NCBI GenBank assembly: GCA_964016885.1 | Contig: OZ024747.1 | Span: forward strand, 30,566,001-30,630,000 | DNA: 64,000 nt | Direction of reading: 5' to 3' | From: Eledone cirrhosa | Lineage: Eukaryota | In this document: in pieces, positions 1 to 12,445 of the stretch | Numbering within the stretch: the first letter of the stretch is position 1 | Layout: each line of letters begins with the position of its first letter | Position numbers and translations under genes: made by a program | Notes under the pieces: generated by a model | Told to the model about the DNA's origin: nothing | What the model saw: the letters and a program-made list of their open reading frames with translations, nothing else | Database searches by the model: none

Positions 1-1881
1 ATGATATCCTGCTCTCACTTTTCGCAATATGATGAACAGTGGTATCTGGGTAAGGACAAACAACAAAGGGAACAAACTATCTCCCTGCAAGATACCTCTC
101 TTGATCTTCACTCCCCCCCCTCCTCCCAAGGATTCTCCACCTGATGTTAGCTCTGTTTCCCAGGACTTCATACTTTTACTTAATAGCTGTCTGATGTTGT
201 CTGCCACCTTGAAGATCTCTAGGCTTTTGGTTATCCAAGAATGAGGTACCATGTCGAATGCCTTTTTGTAATCCCATGGCAAGACCAGTATGCCACCTCT
301 TGCAATTCCTCATTATGATCTTATCAATAAGTAACTGGTCTTTTGTACCATGGGACTTCTTTCAGCATCCTTTCTGTTCATCCGGTAACAAATTGCTTTT
401 GTGGAGGTGATAGTAAATTTCTTCAGACACAATGCTTGTTAACAGTTTCCACATTAGTGGTAACATCATTACCCTTGATTCGGTCTTTCATTACCAGACC
501 TGTGGTACCTTTTGTCTACCACTCTGGTACTTCACTCAACACCAAGCAGTCATTAAACATGGTTGTCAGTTTCGGGTGGAGGGACGTTATATTTTTTATC
601 CAATACCCTTGCACACCATCTAGGCCTGGTGATTTCCAGTTGGTTAGTTTTTTGGCCTGCCCTTTAAGAGTTTCAACTGTGATACTCAAATAAGGTTGTT
701 GGTGTGCTTGTTCACTAATCTCCTTTTGAACTGTCTCAATCCACACTGCCTAACTATTATGTTCAACATCCTGCTCCCATATTCCTTTGCAGAATGTCTT
801 AGTGTGATCAGTCGTCGGGATCACGTCGTTGCCTCTTTCTTTCCCTTCAAGCTGTTCAAACAACATCTTCTGGTTGTTGTCAAACATGTGGTTCTGTCTA
901 TACTGACTAACTCTGTTCTCATGCCGCCTAATCTTTGCACTTTTTGTTACAATGCATTGCTTCAGTTCCTCTATGATAACATTTAGCTCTTTTCCCCTAG
1001 TTTTGTATTTTATTTTCAATCTATCTTTAGTGGCTATGTTTTGTAATGTCCCATTCTGTAAATACTCAAGCTTTCCAATGTCTTTTCTCATTTTAGTTGT
1101 TTCTCCCACCAAGGTTCTGATCTTTCTTGTTTCCTCTCGTTTTTATACCAAGTAATCTTTTTACCACATTTGCGGTTGCTTTGAGGATATTGTTGCATTG
1201 GTGAAGGTTCCTCGCCTCAAGGTATGGGATGACCTTGTTTACCTTAGCTGTTGTTTCTTTTAACTTTTTCCATCTTAGGTCCATAGGCTTTCCACTATCA
1301 TTGTTCATTTCATCTACCACTAAGTTCAGAATATCAACAAAATCTTGCCCTAGCCTGTCAGCATTCATTTCCTCAATGGCCGTATCTTTGTTCCAGATGT
1401 TATCTATGTCAGCATTCAGATCACTGTCTGCATCGGATGCTTCCTCAGGTCTCTCAACTTCTTCACCTTCATTTCCCACTGGCTCGTTTGCCTGGTATAC
1501 TCCACTCTCCATTTCCAACTCAATCTCCCTGCTCAGTTCCAACTTGCTTATCCATCCATTCGTTCTTATTACCCGAGCCTGCCTGGCCAATTTTTGCTCA
1601 CCTAATTTAAATAGACCAATCTCGTTCCAGATGTTATGCATCCGTTTCCTATAGCCTTTTTCAATGGAGTTACTCTTCAGGTAACATTTCATGACAGTTC
1701 TATTCAATTCTTTCGTCCAGTTGGTTCTTGTCCCATTCCTTCTTCTTCCTCCAACACCAGCAGTCTTTGGATGACAGCCAGGTCCCTGCTGCTGAGCCAG
1801 GGAGCACTTGATGGGTGAGAGTCTTTCACATGACGTTCCATTCTCCTTTTCACCGTTATTTGAACTGTTTAGGTTTGACAT
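1..1881 (-). mobile_element. Degenerate R4/Dong-clade non-LTR retrotransposon, 5' half (runs off window)
   Basis: Broken minus-strand ORFs: N-terminal WTKELNRTVMKCY..GYRKRMHNIW, then YRQNHMF..NQK and WKSPGLDGVQGYWIK. RT motifs [14 protein letters not shown] (~230-275) and RGILQGDSLFPLLF (~60-100). Several frameshifts and stops. Confidence 0.85.
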
Positions 1882-2025
1882 TTAAACACAAAGATTAGTG
1901 AATTTATGGTTACATCACCACCGGTGTTTTTAGCGTGACACCATCATGTTCTAAACGAAAAATAAAATAAATAAAAAATAAGTTTCGGGGCAATTTATGT
2001 GACATTTATCTATCATTATTTTTTT

Positions 2026-2600
2026 GGTGGATTGGCAGTATTGGTAGATGGTCGGACGCCATGCTTTCCAGCATAGTTACGTCCCTTTACGATCTGAGTT
2101 CAAATCCCGCCGAGGTTGACTTTGCCTTTCATCCTTACGGGGTCGATAAAATAAAGTACCAGTAATGCACTGGGTAATTGCTGGCCTTGTGCCTAAAGTA
2201 GAAACAATTATTTTTTGTGGATTGGCAGTATCGGTAGAGGGTCGGACGCCATGCTTTCCAGCATAGTTACGTCCCTTTACGATCTGAGTTCAAATCCTGC
2301 CGAGGTTGACTTTGCCTTTCATCCTTACGGGGTCGATAAAATAAAGTACCAGTAATGCACTGGATAATTGCTGGCCTTGTGCCTAAAGTAGAAACAATTA
2401 TTTTTTGTGCTGTGGATTGGCAGTATCGGTAGAGAGTCGGACGCCATGCTTTGATGTATAGAGTTACGGCCCTTGCCATTCTGAGTTCAAATCCCGCCGA
2501 GGTTAACTTTGCCTTTCATCCTTATGGGGTCGATAAAATAAAGTACCAGTAATGCACTGGGTAATTGCTGGCCTTGTGCCAAAAGTAGAAACAATTATTT
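2026..2600 (+). mobile_element. Three head-to-tail copies of tRNA-derived SINE family A (~185 bp)
   Basis: A-box-like tggcagtatcgg, B-box gagttcaaatcc, body gcctttcatccttacggggtcgataaaataaagtaccag, tail aaagtagaaacaattatt. Repeated at ~2026, 2217 and 2412. Confidence 0.9.
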
Positions 2601-2916
2601 TTTGTGCTGTTTTCCTGGTGTGAATCCTGTTTATAAGTCATTGTTATCATCTTACGGAGTTGATAAAACAGAGCCCCAGCAATACGCCAGGGAAATGCCG
2701 AACCTGTGGCAAAAGCAGAATCAACCACCATCATCATCAGCATCTACCATTTATGGTCTGAGCAAAAATCCTGCCGAGGTCAATCGCTGGCCCTGTGACA
2801 AAAGCAGATACAATTATTATTATCCTCAGCGTCTGCCATTTATGGTCTGAGCACAAATCCCACCGAGGTCAACTCCAGTCCTCACTTCTCCGAGGTTGGC
2901 AAGACAAAGCACCAAC

Positions 2917-3053
2917 AATCATCGGCTTTGCACCGGCTTTGCACCGGCTTTGCACCGGCTTTGCATCGGCTTTGCATCGGCTTTGCATCGGCTTTGCACC
3001 GGCTTTGCACCGGCTTTGCATCGGCTTTGCACCGGGGCAATCATCGGCTTTGC
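2917..3053. repeat. 11-bp tandem repeat (YCGGCTTTGCA, ~10 copies) inside degraded SINE A copies
   Basis: Direct reading. Flanked by direct repeat caatcatcggctttgc. Confidence 0.9.
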
Positions 3054-4232
3054 TCCAAAAGCAGAAATAATCATTATCATCAGCATCACCACCACCAACA
3101 TCAACAAATCATTCTCATTTTCATTTTCATTTTTCGATGGGAGTAGTGGTAGGGATGTTGGTGGTGGGGTGGGTGGGTGTCATTGTAATGTTTGAATGTT
3201 TGTTTTTCAAGGCCAGTAACATCGGTTACTAGTGTTGTTGTTGCTGCTGCTGCTGTTTTAGATTTAGCTATGCTAAGCTCGTGGTCGTAACAACGAGGGA
3301 GGTAGCGAGGTGTTGCGTTCAAAACTTTTGAATTTTGCTTTTCTCTTGATGTTGCTTTTGTTTTTGTCTGTGTTCTGTTCTGTAATTTTTCGACTTATTA
3401 CTTATCATTATCATACAAGTTGACATCGTTTGAACTAAACATTTTGAGAGAGTTTAGAAATACAGCGACAATCATTATTATTACGATGGGATTGGTGGTG
3501 GTGTCAGGATTGGTGGTGGTGTCAGCAGTGATGTTGCCGTTATTTGGCTAATAAAGAAATTATTAATATAATATACTTGTTGAAGCTGCTTTTGTTGTTG
3601 TTGTTGGCTTGCCGGTGGTGCTGGGGCTTTTTTTTTGGAGGGAGGAGGAGGAGTTCTATTGTTGGTGGGGATTTCAGTGCCACTGTAGTTGTTAATGTTG
3701 AGATGTTCAAAATTTTCTTTGACCAGGTCACTAAGTCAGTCTATCTTGACTGATAAAATGACAAGTCAGTCTATTTATATCTTTTGGTAGCTTCTTCCTT
3801 TCTAGTCTTGTGTAGTGTTACTACTACCTTCCCTCTCCTTAACAGAAGGTAATGGGGAAATAGTGGTGGTAGCAATGATGGAGTGGTGACGGTGCTGATG
3901 GGGTAGTGGTACTGTAGTGATGGCGTTGTTGGTTTGTCTCTAGCTAAATTTTGTGGTAGTGGTGAAATTATTTGGCTGTTGTATTTAGTGTACACAGGTG
4001 GGTTTTCTTCCATTTGTAGCCATTTTCTTTTTTTGAATATAAAATTTCTAATACAAAATGAAATATTTGAGCCATATGCCAGGGTGTTATGAGTCTCGCT
4101 TCCTGAGAGTTAAGGCCTTATGTCCAATTTGTAATAAGAATTATTCTATCACAATTGTTTTATGTGAAAAATCAAAAAACTTACGGGAGCGATTCCATAA
4201 AACTCTATCAACCACGTGCATCTTCTTCCCTT

Positions 4233-4612
4233 TGGATTGGCAGTATCAGTAGAGGGCTGACGCCATACTTGGCAGCAAAGAGTTACGGTCCTTTATGACC
4301 CGAGTTCAAATCCCGCTGAGCCTATCATTCTTATGGGGTCGATAAAATAAAGCACCTGTAATACACTGGGATAATTGCTGTCCTTGTGCCAAAAGTAGAA
4401 ACTATTATTATTATTGGTGGATTGGCAGTATCGGTAGAGGGTCGGGCGCCATGCTTTACAGCAAAGAGTTACAGCCCTTTATGGTCTGAGTTCAAATCCC
4501 GCCGAGGTTAACTTTGCCTTTCATCCTTACGGGGTCGATAAAATAAAGTACCAGTAATGCACAGGGGGTATTTGCTGGCCTTGTGCCAACAGTAGAAACA
4601 ATTATTATTATT
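4233..4612 (+). mobile_element. Two tandem SINE A copies with (ATT)n tail
   Basis: Same consensus as the 2026 copy. Confidence 0.9.
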
Positions 4613-5559
4613 ATTATTATTATTACTATTACTATTATCATTATAAAAATGACTTCTACAGGACTACAACACTTTTATATATATATATATAACAATATGC
4701 AATTAATCTCTTATAATACAATACACTATACTAATAACTGCAATCATCATAATATTTAAACACACCCGCAAAATACATCCAATAGTATATATAACTATAA
4801 GCTATTTTTCACATATTAAATTAATAGTTCTCACTTTAATAGATCAATTTATAATTCTCACCTTAATATTATAAATACTTCCAAATTATATAATTAAATA
4901 AATAAAAATAAATATAATTATTTCAATATTTCATTATTTCTTTCTTTCTATACCCATGTAGATATGTTCGGACATATATATGCATATTTCTATAAATATT
5001 CTGAAAGTAGCTTTAAATATTTTTTTCTTAAAATTTTTTCAATTTTTTTCTTCAATTTTAATAGCAAACCTCTCTTTTCTTTCCTTTTAATAAATAATTG
5101 TGATACTTATTTAAATATATCTAGCGTCTACACATAACGGTCCTTTTCAGTTTTAACGTTATCCTCATTAGCATATTCATCCCGAGTTTTGAAGATTTAT
5201 CCACTATCTACATTGAACTCATAACATTAATATCCCTCATGACAAATATAGGGGACTAAAGAGACACATGACTGTATACAGTGTCAAATGTTATGACCAT
5301 GCTTTATATCTAACTAAGAGGAGACATTTATGTAAGAGTTGTGATAACATCTGCAAATTGCTGGGCTTAAGATATATCTCATTAACAAACAATGCTCAAG
5401 AGTATCAGCTGCATCTATGTGTATATGCATATGTATGAATATATGCATGTGCATACTCACACACACAAATATATATATCTTGTTGATGTTGTTGAGTCAT
5501 CGCTCTTTTGAAGGTGAAGAATTTAGTTTTCTTTTTCTCATGGCTAGAATATATGCGAC

Positions 5560-5790
5560 TTGCCACAACTGCATAAACATCTATGCCACCGATGTTTTCC
5601 AAGGAAAAAGCAATGGCCAATACAGTTTGGCACCAGTGATGACACAATTCATTTATGAGCTGAGTGAACTGGAGCAATGCAACATAAAGTGTCCTGATCA
5701 AGGACACAATGCATCAGCTAGTTAAAGAATCAAATTCCCAACCTCATGATTGCAAGCCCTATACTCTAACCAGTAAGCCATGTGCCTTCA
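5560..5790 (-). mobile_element. SINE family B copy (tRNA head plus central domain)
   Basis: Reverse complement of aggcacatggctta..ggttagag; central ccttgatcaggacacttt..ctccagttcactcagct. Confidence 0.7.
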
Positions 5791-5801
5791 CTTTATATAT
5801 A

Positions 5802-7013
5802 CAGGGTGCGGACGATATTTGTTCGCAATTTTCAACTGCTAATTTTATGCAAATTTTTTTAACTTCATAAAAACAGTGACTATATTTTCATTATTTATTT
5901 TCAGAATAATTGATTATGAATAATTTTGAACCTCCAAATTTGTGGAAGAGACACGGAGTTCTTCTTGGAATCCGTGCCAGGAGGACAAATAAGGAAATTT
6001 CAGACTTTCTCAGCGTCAGCAGGAGAATGGTGGAAAAGGTCAGAAAGGAATTGAAAGATTCAGGATTCGACTACGAAGCAACATCAAAGAGGAAAACACA
6101 TGATCGACGATCTGATGCCTTCAGAACGCCCGAGTTCGTCGCTGAAGTTCAGGATATCATCAACAATGAACCTAGCAAGTCGATGCGTGCCATTGCAAGG
6201 GAGAAAGGCGTGGATGAAAAGCTCATTAGGCTGGTGGTACATGAAGACATTCGCTATGTTTCATACAAGATGAGGAAAGGACAATTTCTGTCAAAGGCGA
6301 TGCAAGAAAAGCGACTGAAGCACGCAAAGAAGCTGATCAACAAGTTGAAACACCCACTGGAGCCAGATATGCTGTGGTTTTTCTCCGACGAGAAAAACTT
6401 CTGCCAAGACCAGAAGATCAACTCCCAGAACAACAGGTGGCTCGCTGTCTCATCCAATGACATGCCCAGAGTCATGCAGACAAAGTTTCCAGCGACAACA
6501 TTGGTCTTAGGTGTCGTCATGCCACCTCACTTCTTCCCTGAGAGCCTCAAGCTGATCACCGATGGCTACATCCGCGTTCTGAGCGAGGTAGTAAAGCCCT
6601 GGATCGACCAAGTAGCTGCAGGTAGGTCGTACGTGTGGCAGCAAGACTCAGCGCCCTGCCATACCAGCCGAAAGACCCAAGACTGGCTGTCAGAGAACTT
6701 CGTCGACCACACCTCACCTGACATCTAGCCTCCCAGCTCGCCTGACTGCAACCCCCTCGACTACTTTGTGTGGGGCACAGTGGAACGAGACACCAACAGA
6801 TCTAGCTGCAATACGAAAGACGATCTGACGGCCTAAATTGGGGGACAGTGACGAAGGCCTCTGTAGCTGGTTCTGAGGTCGTCATCGAGTGAGATTGAAA
6901 GCACAAGTCATGAAGACAAACTGACCCAAGTTTGATAAATAAATCTTAAAAAATAAAACTACTGTGTTATTTTTTCCTAGACAGTAATCTTGCGAACAAA
7001 TATCGTTCGCACC

Positions 7014-7016
<3 letters not shown>
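5802..7016 (+). mobile_element. Tc1/mariner superfamily DD37D (maT) transposon
   Basis: TIRs cagggtgcggacgatatttgttcgcaa / ttgcgaacaaatatcgttcgcaccctg with TA on both flanks. Confidence 0.92.
5910..6836 (+). pseudogene. DD37D transposase with a premature stop
   Basis: HTH region, FSDEK, QQDSAPCH, then PDI*PPSSPDCNPLDYFVW. There are 37 residues between the 2nd and 3rd Asp. TAG at 6726-6728 replaces the usual Trp. Confidence 0.9.
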
Positions 7017-7090
<74 letters not shown>

Positions 7091-7190
7091 GGAAAAGAGT
7101 CAGGACTCTGACAGCTGAGCTCTGGCCATTTTGACAGCTATATCCGAACTGTGCCTTATGGTCCACCTGGTTTCTTACCTTACTTTCTTA

Positions 7191-7232
<42 letters not shown>

Positions 7233-7299
7233 CGCCTTTGACAGAAATTGTCCTTTCCTCATCTTGTATGAAACATAGCGAATGTCTTCATGTACCACC

Positions 7300-7568
7300 A
7301 GCCTAATGAGATCGTGTAGGTGTCACGACAAAAAAAAAACACACAGTCCACGCTGTAATGTGGCCGTGTAGCCAACACGGTAAAAACCTCCCAGACCCAC
7401 ACTGTAAATGTGGTTGGTGTTAGGAAGGGCATCCAACTGTAGAAAACCTGCCAGACAGTCCTATGCGAGCAAGACAATCACTCTTGCCTCAAGTGGGACT
7501 ACCCCCGTCCAAACCCATGCAAGCGTGGAACACGGACGTTAAACGTTGATGATGATGATGATGATGAT
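7300..7568 (+). mobile_element. RTE 3' UTR/tail fragment ending in (GAT)n
   Basis: ggttggtgttaggaagggcatcc..cggacgttaaa..gatgatgat, shared with the RTE piece at 10.3 kb. Confidence 0.75.
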
Positions 7569-7678
7569 ATATATCTATATCCAAAATATAAATTAAATGA
7601 ATTTAATCTAAATCAAAATTATGGGTGTCATGCCAGAAAGATTATTCATGTTTATTTATATGTTAATCAATTTCTAGT

Positions 7679-7747
<69 letters not shown>

Positions 7748-7761
7748 AATATATATATGTA

Positions 7762-8193
<432 letters not shown>

Positions 8194-8327
8194 ATATATA
8201 TATGTAGGATGTGAGTTTTATTGTAGCACAATAAAGCAATGCAAATATCAGATAAGTAGCACTCAACAGTTTATAGGACTGGAGTATAAATAATATAAAA
8301 TCAATAGATGGTTAAAAGAGTTCCATG

Positions 8328-8398
8328 TATTTTATTATGCACATTTCAAAAACAAATATCATCATGGGATGATATTTGCGTTCTCATCAGATAAAATA
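8328..8398 (-). ncRNA. Type I hammerhead ribozyme motif
   Basis: Reverse complement of the 8507-8577 motif. Confidence 0.8.
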
Positions 8399-8506
8399 GG
8401 GAGACATGATATGAAGCTTAAAAAACACTTGCAAAAACACTTAAAAAGTCTTGATATAACACTTCACTGCTCGCAAGTGTTTTTTAAGCTTCATATCATG
8501 TCTCCC

Positions 8507-8577
8507 TATTTTATCTGATGAGAACGCAAATATCATCCCATGATGATATTTGTTTTTGAAATGTGCATAATAAAATA
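8507..8577 (+). ncRNA. Type I hammerhead ribozyme motif
   Basis: tattttat-CTGATGA-stem II (caaatatcatc/gatgatatttg)-GAAA-tgtgca-TA-ataaaata. Stem I pairs over 8 bp. Confidence 0.8.
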
Positions 8578-8828
8578 CATGGAACTCTTTTAACCATCTT
8601 TTGATTTTATATTATATATATATATAAATATATATATATGTAAAAAATCAGCTCTGCTTTCAATCTTTCAATGCTGGAAAGGATTGTTTGAGGCAGTGTA
8701 CGACAGACACATTCCCCTCTCTATATCTGTGGTATTAATGTCGGACTGAATTACCTTCCTTTACAACAATATCCATTTTGCAGGGCTTATTTTATGAGAA
8801 TGATAAAAAAGGAGTACCTGACAAAATA

Positions 8829-9310
8829 CCATGTTTCAGTCATGGCATGTTTTATGTGGCTGTTTCAAGGACTGGAACTTCAAAAAATCTCTACATTTTA
8901 GCCAATCAAAGCAAGACAAGAAATGTTGTTTACCCTGAAGTTCTTCATTAGGACAAAGTATGAAACATATTTTCATGTATATATTATGTTAAAAAATAAA
9001 TAATTAAACTTTGAATTTCTAATTTGAAAATAATGCTTTACACAAAAATGAAATGATCAAGTTTTGAATTGATATTTTGAAAAAAATTATTTACAAGAAA
9101 CAAAATAAGAATAACATTTAATAATCTAATTTTGATTTGACATATTACAAAAAATAATGTTTTCCAATTTTCCATGCATTACATTTTACAGTGAGTAATA
9201 TTGAAATGCAGAGTTTTTCTCCATAAATTATATCAGTGATTTGAAATCAATCATCATTTTCTTACAATAAAAATGTGTGAAAAGCAGCAAGGCGTGGGTA
9301 ATTCGGTTAG
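8829..9310 (+). mobile_element. Helitron 3' remnant
   Basis: 8829-8951 translates to PCFSHGMFYVAVSRTGTSKNLYILANQSKTRNVVYPEVLH*, the C-terminus of the Pif1-like RepHel helicase. End gcagcaaggcgtgggtaattcggttag resembles a Helitron terminus (CTAG decayed to TTAG). Confidence 0.85.
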
Positions 9311-9341
<31 letters not shown>

Positions 9342-9389
9342 TACTAAAACTCTGTGATTGCTTGCTTGCTTGTCTGTAATGTAATACAG

Positions 9390-10140
9390 CAGAGCTATCC
9401 GCAAAGAAGGACTGGACATACAGTTAGCACACTTCGGCCCTTCACTGCATGGATATCTGTCTAAAAAGCAATCCAAAGACAACAACAATCAATGCTCACT
9501 GATTAACTGCCCTAACCATGATACAGGTATGTGCCAGCGGACACATGTGGTATACAGGATTGAATGCAACAAATGCAAGGAGTTCTACATTAGTAGCCCG
9601 ACTCGAGTAATCCACACTCTCATTAAAGAATACTTCAACACGTGCAACCGCAATGAAATATCAACCAACATATTACCGTTACCATTAAAGCCAGTGATAG
9701 AAATGTGGGCAACTTAAGAATTAAGGAAGCCTTGCTCATACGTAGACTCAACCTGCAAATAAATAATAGAATAGAACTCAGCACTCAGTACCTGACATAA
9801 AATGACACACCCACTGGCATACAAAAAAGAAAATTGATTTCGTGAAATACTATATTGGCAATTGATGTCATTTATGTGGAAAGCGAAATAACCATCGAAA
9901 AACCCTTAGAAAAAATTTTAATCAAAATCAAATTTTAATCCCAAAGCGAGGAAATTGGAACATTATCTACTGAAGGTTCCTTAAACCCTGATGAAGGGAC
10001 TTTTAGGTTCTGAAATATTGGACAAATAAAAGAAGAACAACAACAAAACAAAACAAAGATTGCCAGGTAACTTTTACTTTTCGTTACCTCAGCTTACAGT
10101 CCATTTTGCATTGTTTAGCCTTCTATCTCTTTCAACGTTA
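9390..10140 (+). mobile_element. 5'-truncated PLE fragment (GIY-YIG region plus 3' repeat)
   Basis: RAIRKEGLDIQLAHFGPSL..VVYRIECNKCKEFYI, homologous to the PLE at 39.6-40.1 kb. Ends in (TA)n. Confidence 0.85.
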
Positions 10141-10254
10141 GATATATATATATATAACTTTGAGTATGTGTTAGTTATTTACCAGATCTGAATATATCAA
10201 CGAAGTTAATTTTAACCTGTTGACTTACACTTTTTGTTTATATATATCCAAAGA

Positions 10255-10877
10255 CTAAGGTCCTTGTAAGTAGACGAGAAAACAGAACCCAGATCCCCTC
10301 AGGGAAATGGCCTTGCTCAGTATGTAGGAAAGGCGGTTGCGCTGGTATGGACATGTGATGCGTATGAAGGATGGCAGCTGCATAAAAAGGTGCAGAGCAC
10401 TAGAAGTTGATGGAAACCACGGAGTGGGGAGACCCAAGATGACCTGGGATGAGGTGATAAAAGCCGACCTTACCCAATTACACCTCTCAAAGGCAATGAC
10501 ACACGACCGTGACCTCTGGCGTCACGCAGTAATACAGAGTACCTGACCTCCCATGGGTACAAGCTGAAGCATATAGACAATATGCTCCCACACCCCCCAC
10601 CGCAAGGTGGTCGTGTAGGTGCCACGGCAAAAAAGCACCCAGCCCACACTGTAAAGTGGACGTGTAGGCGCCACAAAAAAGCACCCAGCGCTCACTGTAA
10701 ATGAGGTTGGTGTTAGGAAGGGCATCCAGCTGTAGAAATCAAGCCAAATCAGTTCCTGTATGAGCAAGGCATGGTCAGCCAACCAGACACTGCCCACAAC
10801 AGGACAACCCGTCTAACCCATGCTAGCGTGGAAGAACGGACGTAAAACGGTGATGATGATGATGATGATGATGATGA
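10255..10877 (+). mobile_element. Internally deleted RTE LINE 3' end
   Basis: GKWPCSVCRK joined to RLRWYGHVMR..GRPKMTW..DRDLWR, then 3' UTR and (GAT)n tail. Confidence 0.88.
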
Positions 10878-11661
10878 TATATACACAGACACACACATAT
10901 ATATGCACACATGCACATACATATATATATATACACACACACATATATATATATATATACACACACATATATAGATATATATATATACATATATATATAT
11001 TCGGAGATGGTTACATTGCCAATTTTTATTAGGAAAATGCACCACAAATCAAAAGACGAAACGAAGTAACAGACTGTGATCAGTTGGAAAAATTATCACA
11101 TATTTTCTCTGACATTTTATCTATCTAAACAAAACCTTTATATTATTTAGCATTAACTTTTATTTCATTAGTATAAAATGTTAATTATTTAAAAGTAAAA
11201 CTTAGCAAAGATCAGACTAATATTTTTTAGAACAATAAATTATTCTAAACTTGACTAATGTATATCCTGGTGAAATTTCTTCTAAAGACTTGAAGTGTAT
11301 TTTTTATAAATATTGCAGAAGTTGAGTGTCTCCCCACCTAAAGAAACACATAATATTTTCATTATAACAGACAATTTATTACAAAACTATACATACTATT
11401 TGTTTAAATGCATGCACATAATATTGTACAGGTGTATCTGTAGTTTCTTTTAATATCAATTATAAACAATATTCTAAAATGATCTTTTAAATAATCATTA
11501 ATGTTTTGTTGACATATTTCACCTGAAAAATCTTCATATTTTCTCATTAAAAACAATTTTCTATTTTCACTTAACAAGTTCTAAACTAGATGAAAACACT
11601 TTGAGAGAATTAATGGAATATAAATGCCAATATTTGCTGAGAAAATAGTGCTAAAAATATG

Positions 11662-12445
11662 AATAATAATTGTTTCTACATTTGGCACTAATAATGGTTT
11701 CTTATATAGGCAACAATTCTGGGGGAGGGGAAAGTCGATTAAAATCAACCCCTAGTGCATGATTGGTACTTTATTTTATTGACCCCATAAGGATGAAAGG
11801 CAAAGTTGGCGAGATTTGAACTCAGATCATAAAGGGCCATAACTCTTTGCTGTAAAGCATGGCATCCGTCCCTCTACCAATACTGCCAATCCACCGCCTT
11901 TATTTGGCACTAATAATAATTGTTTCTACTTTTGGCACAAGGCCAGCAATTACCCAGTACATTACTGGTACTTTATTTTATCGACTCCGTAAGGATGAAA
12001 GGCAAAGTTAACCTCGGCAGGATTTGAACTCAGACCGTAAGAGGACGTAACTATGCTGGAAAGCATGGCGTCCGACCCTCTACCGATACTGCCAATTCTT
12101 GGCACTAATAATAATTGTTTCTACTTTTGGCACAAGGCCAGCAATTATCCAGTACATAACTGGTACTTTATTTTATCGACCCCGTAAGGATGAAAGGCAA
12201 AGTAAACCTCTAATAATAATGATATCAATAATTGTTTATACTTTTGGCACAAGACCAGCAATTTGAAGGGAAGGGACATGTTGATTAAGTTGATCCCAGT
12301 ACATTACTGCTACTTTATTTTACTGACCCCATAATGATGAAAGGCAAAACTAACATTGGTAGGATTTGAACCAAGAACATAAAGGACATAACTATATGCC
12401 ACAAAGCATGTTGTTTGATGCTGATACTGCTAATCCACTGCCATA
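11662..12445 (-). mobile_element. Cluster of about four SINE A copies in (TAA)n
   Basis: Repeated aattgtttctacttttggcacaaggccagc..ggatttgaactc. Confidence 0.85.

Larger units (their letters stand above)
8291..8613. repeat. ~140-bp near-perfect inverted repeat with a hammerhead in each arm
   Basis: 8291-8432 is the reverse complement of 8473-8613 (one mismatch seen), with a ~40-bp spacer. Confidence 0.92.

Noticed and set aside
2026-2110. tRNA genes
   Set aside because: The A/B boxes belong to multi-copy SINE heads, and no full cloverleaf is evident.
9970-10025. Hammerhead at the end of the 9.4 kb PLE fragment
   Set aside because: CTGATGA and GAAA are present, but stems I and III and the cleavage triplet cannot be assigned confidently.
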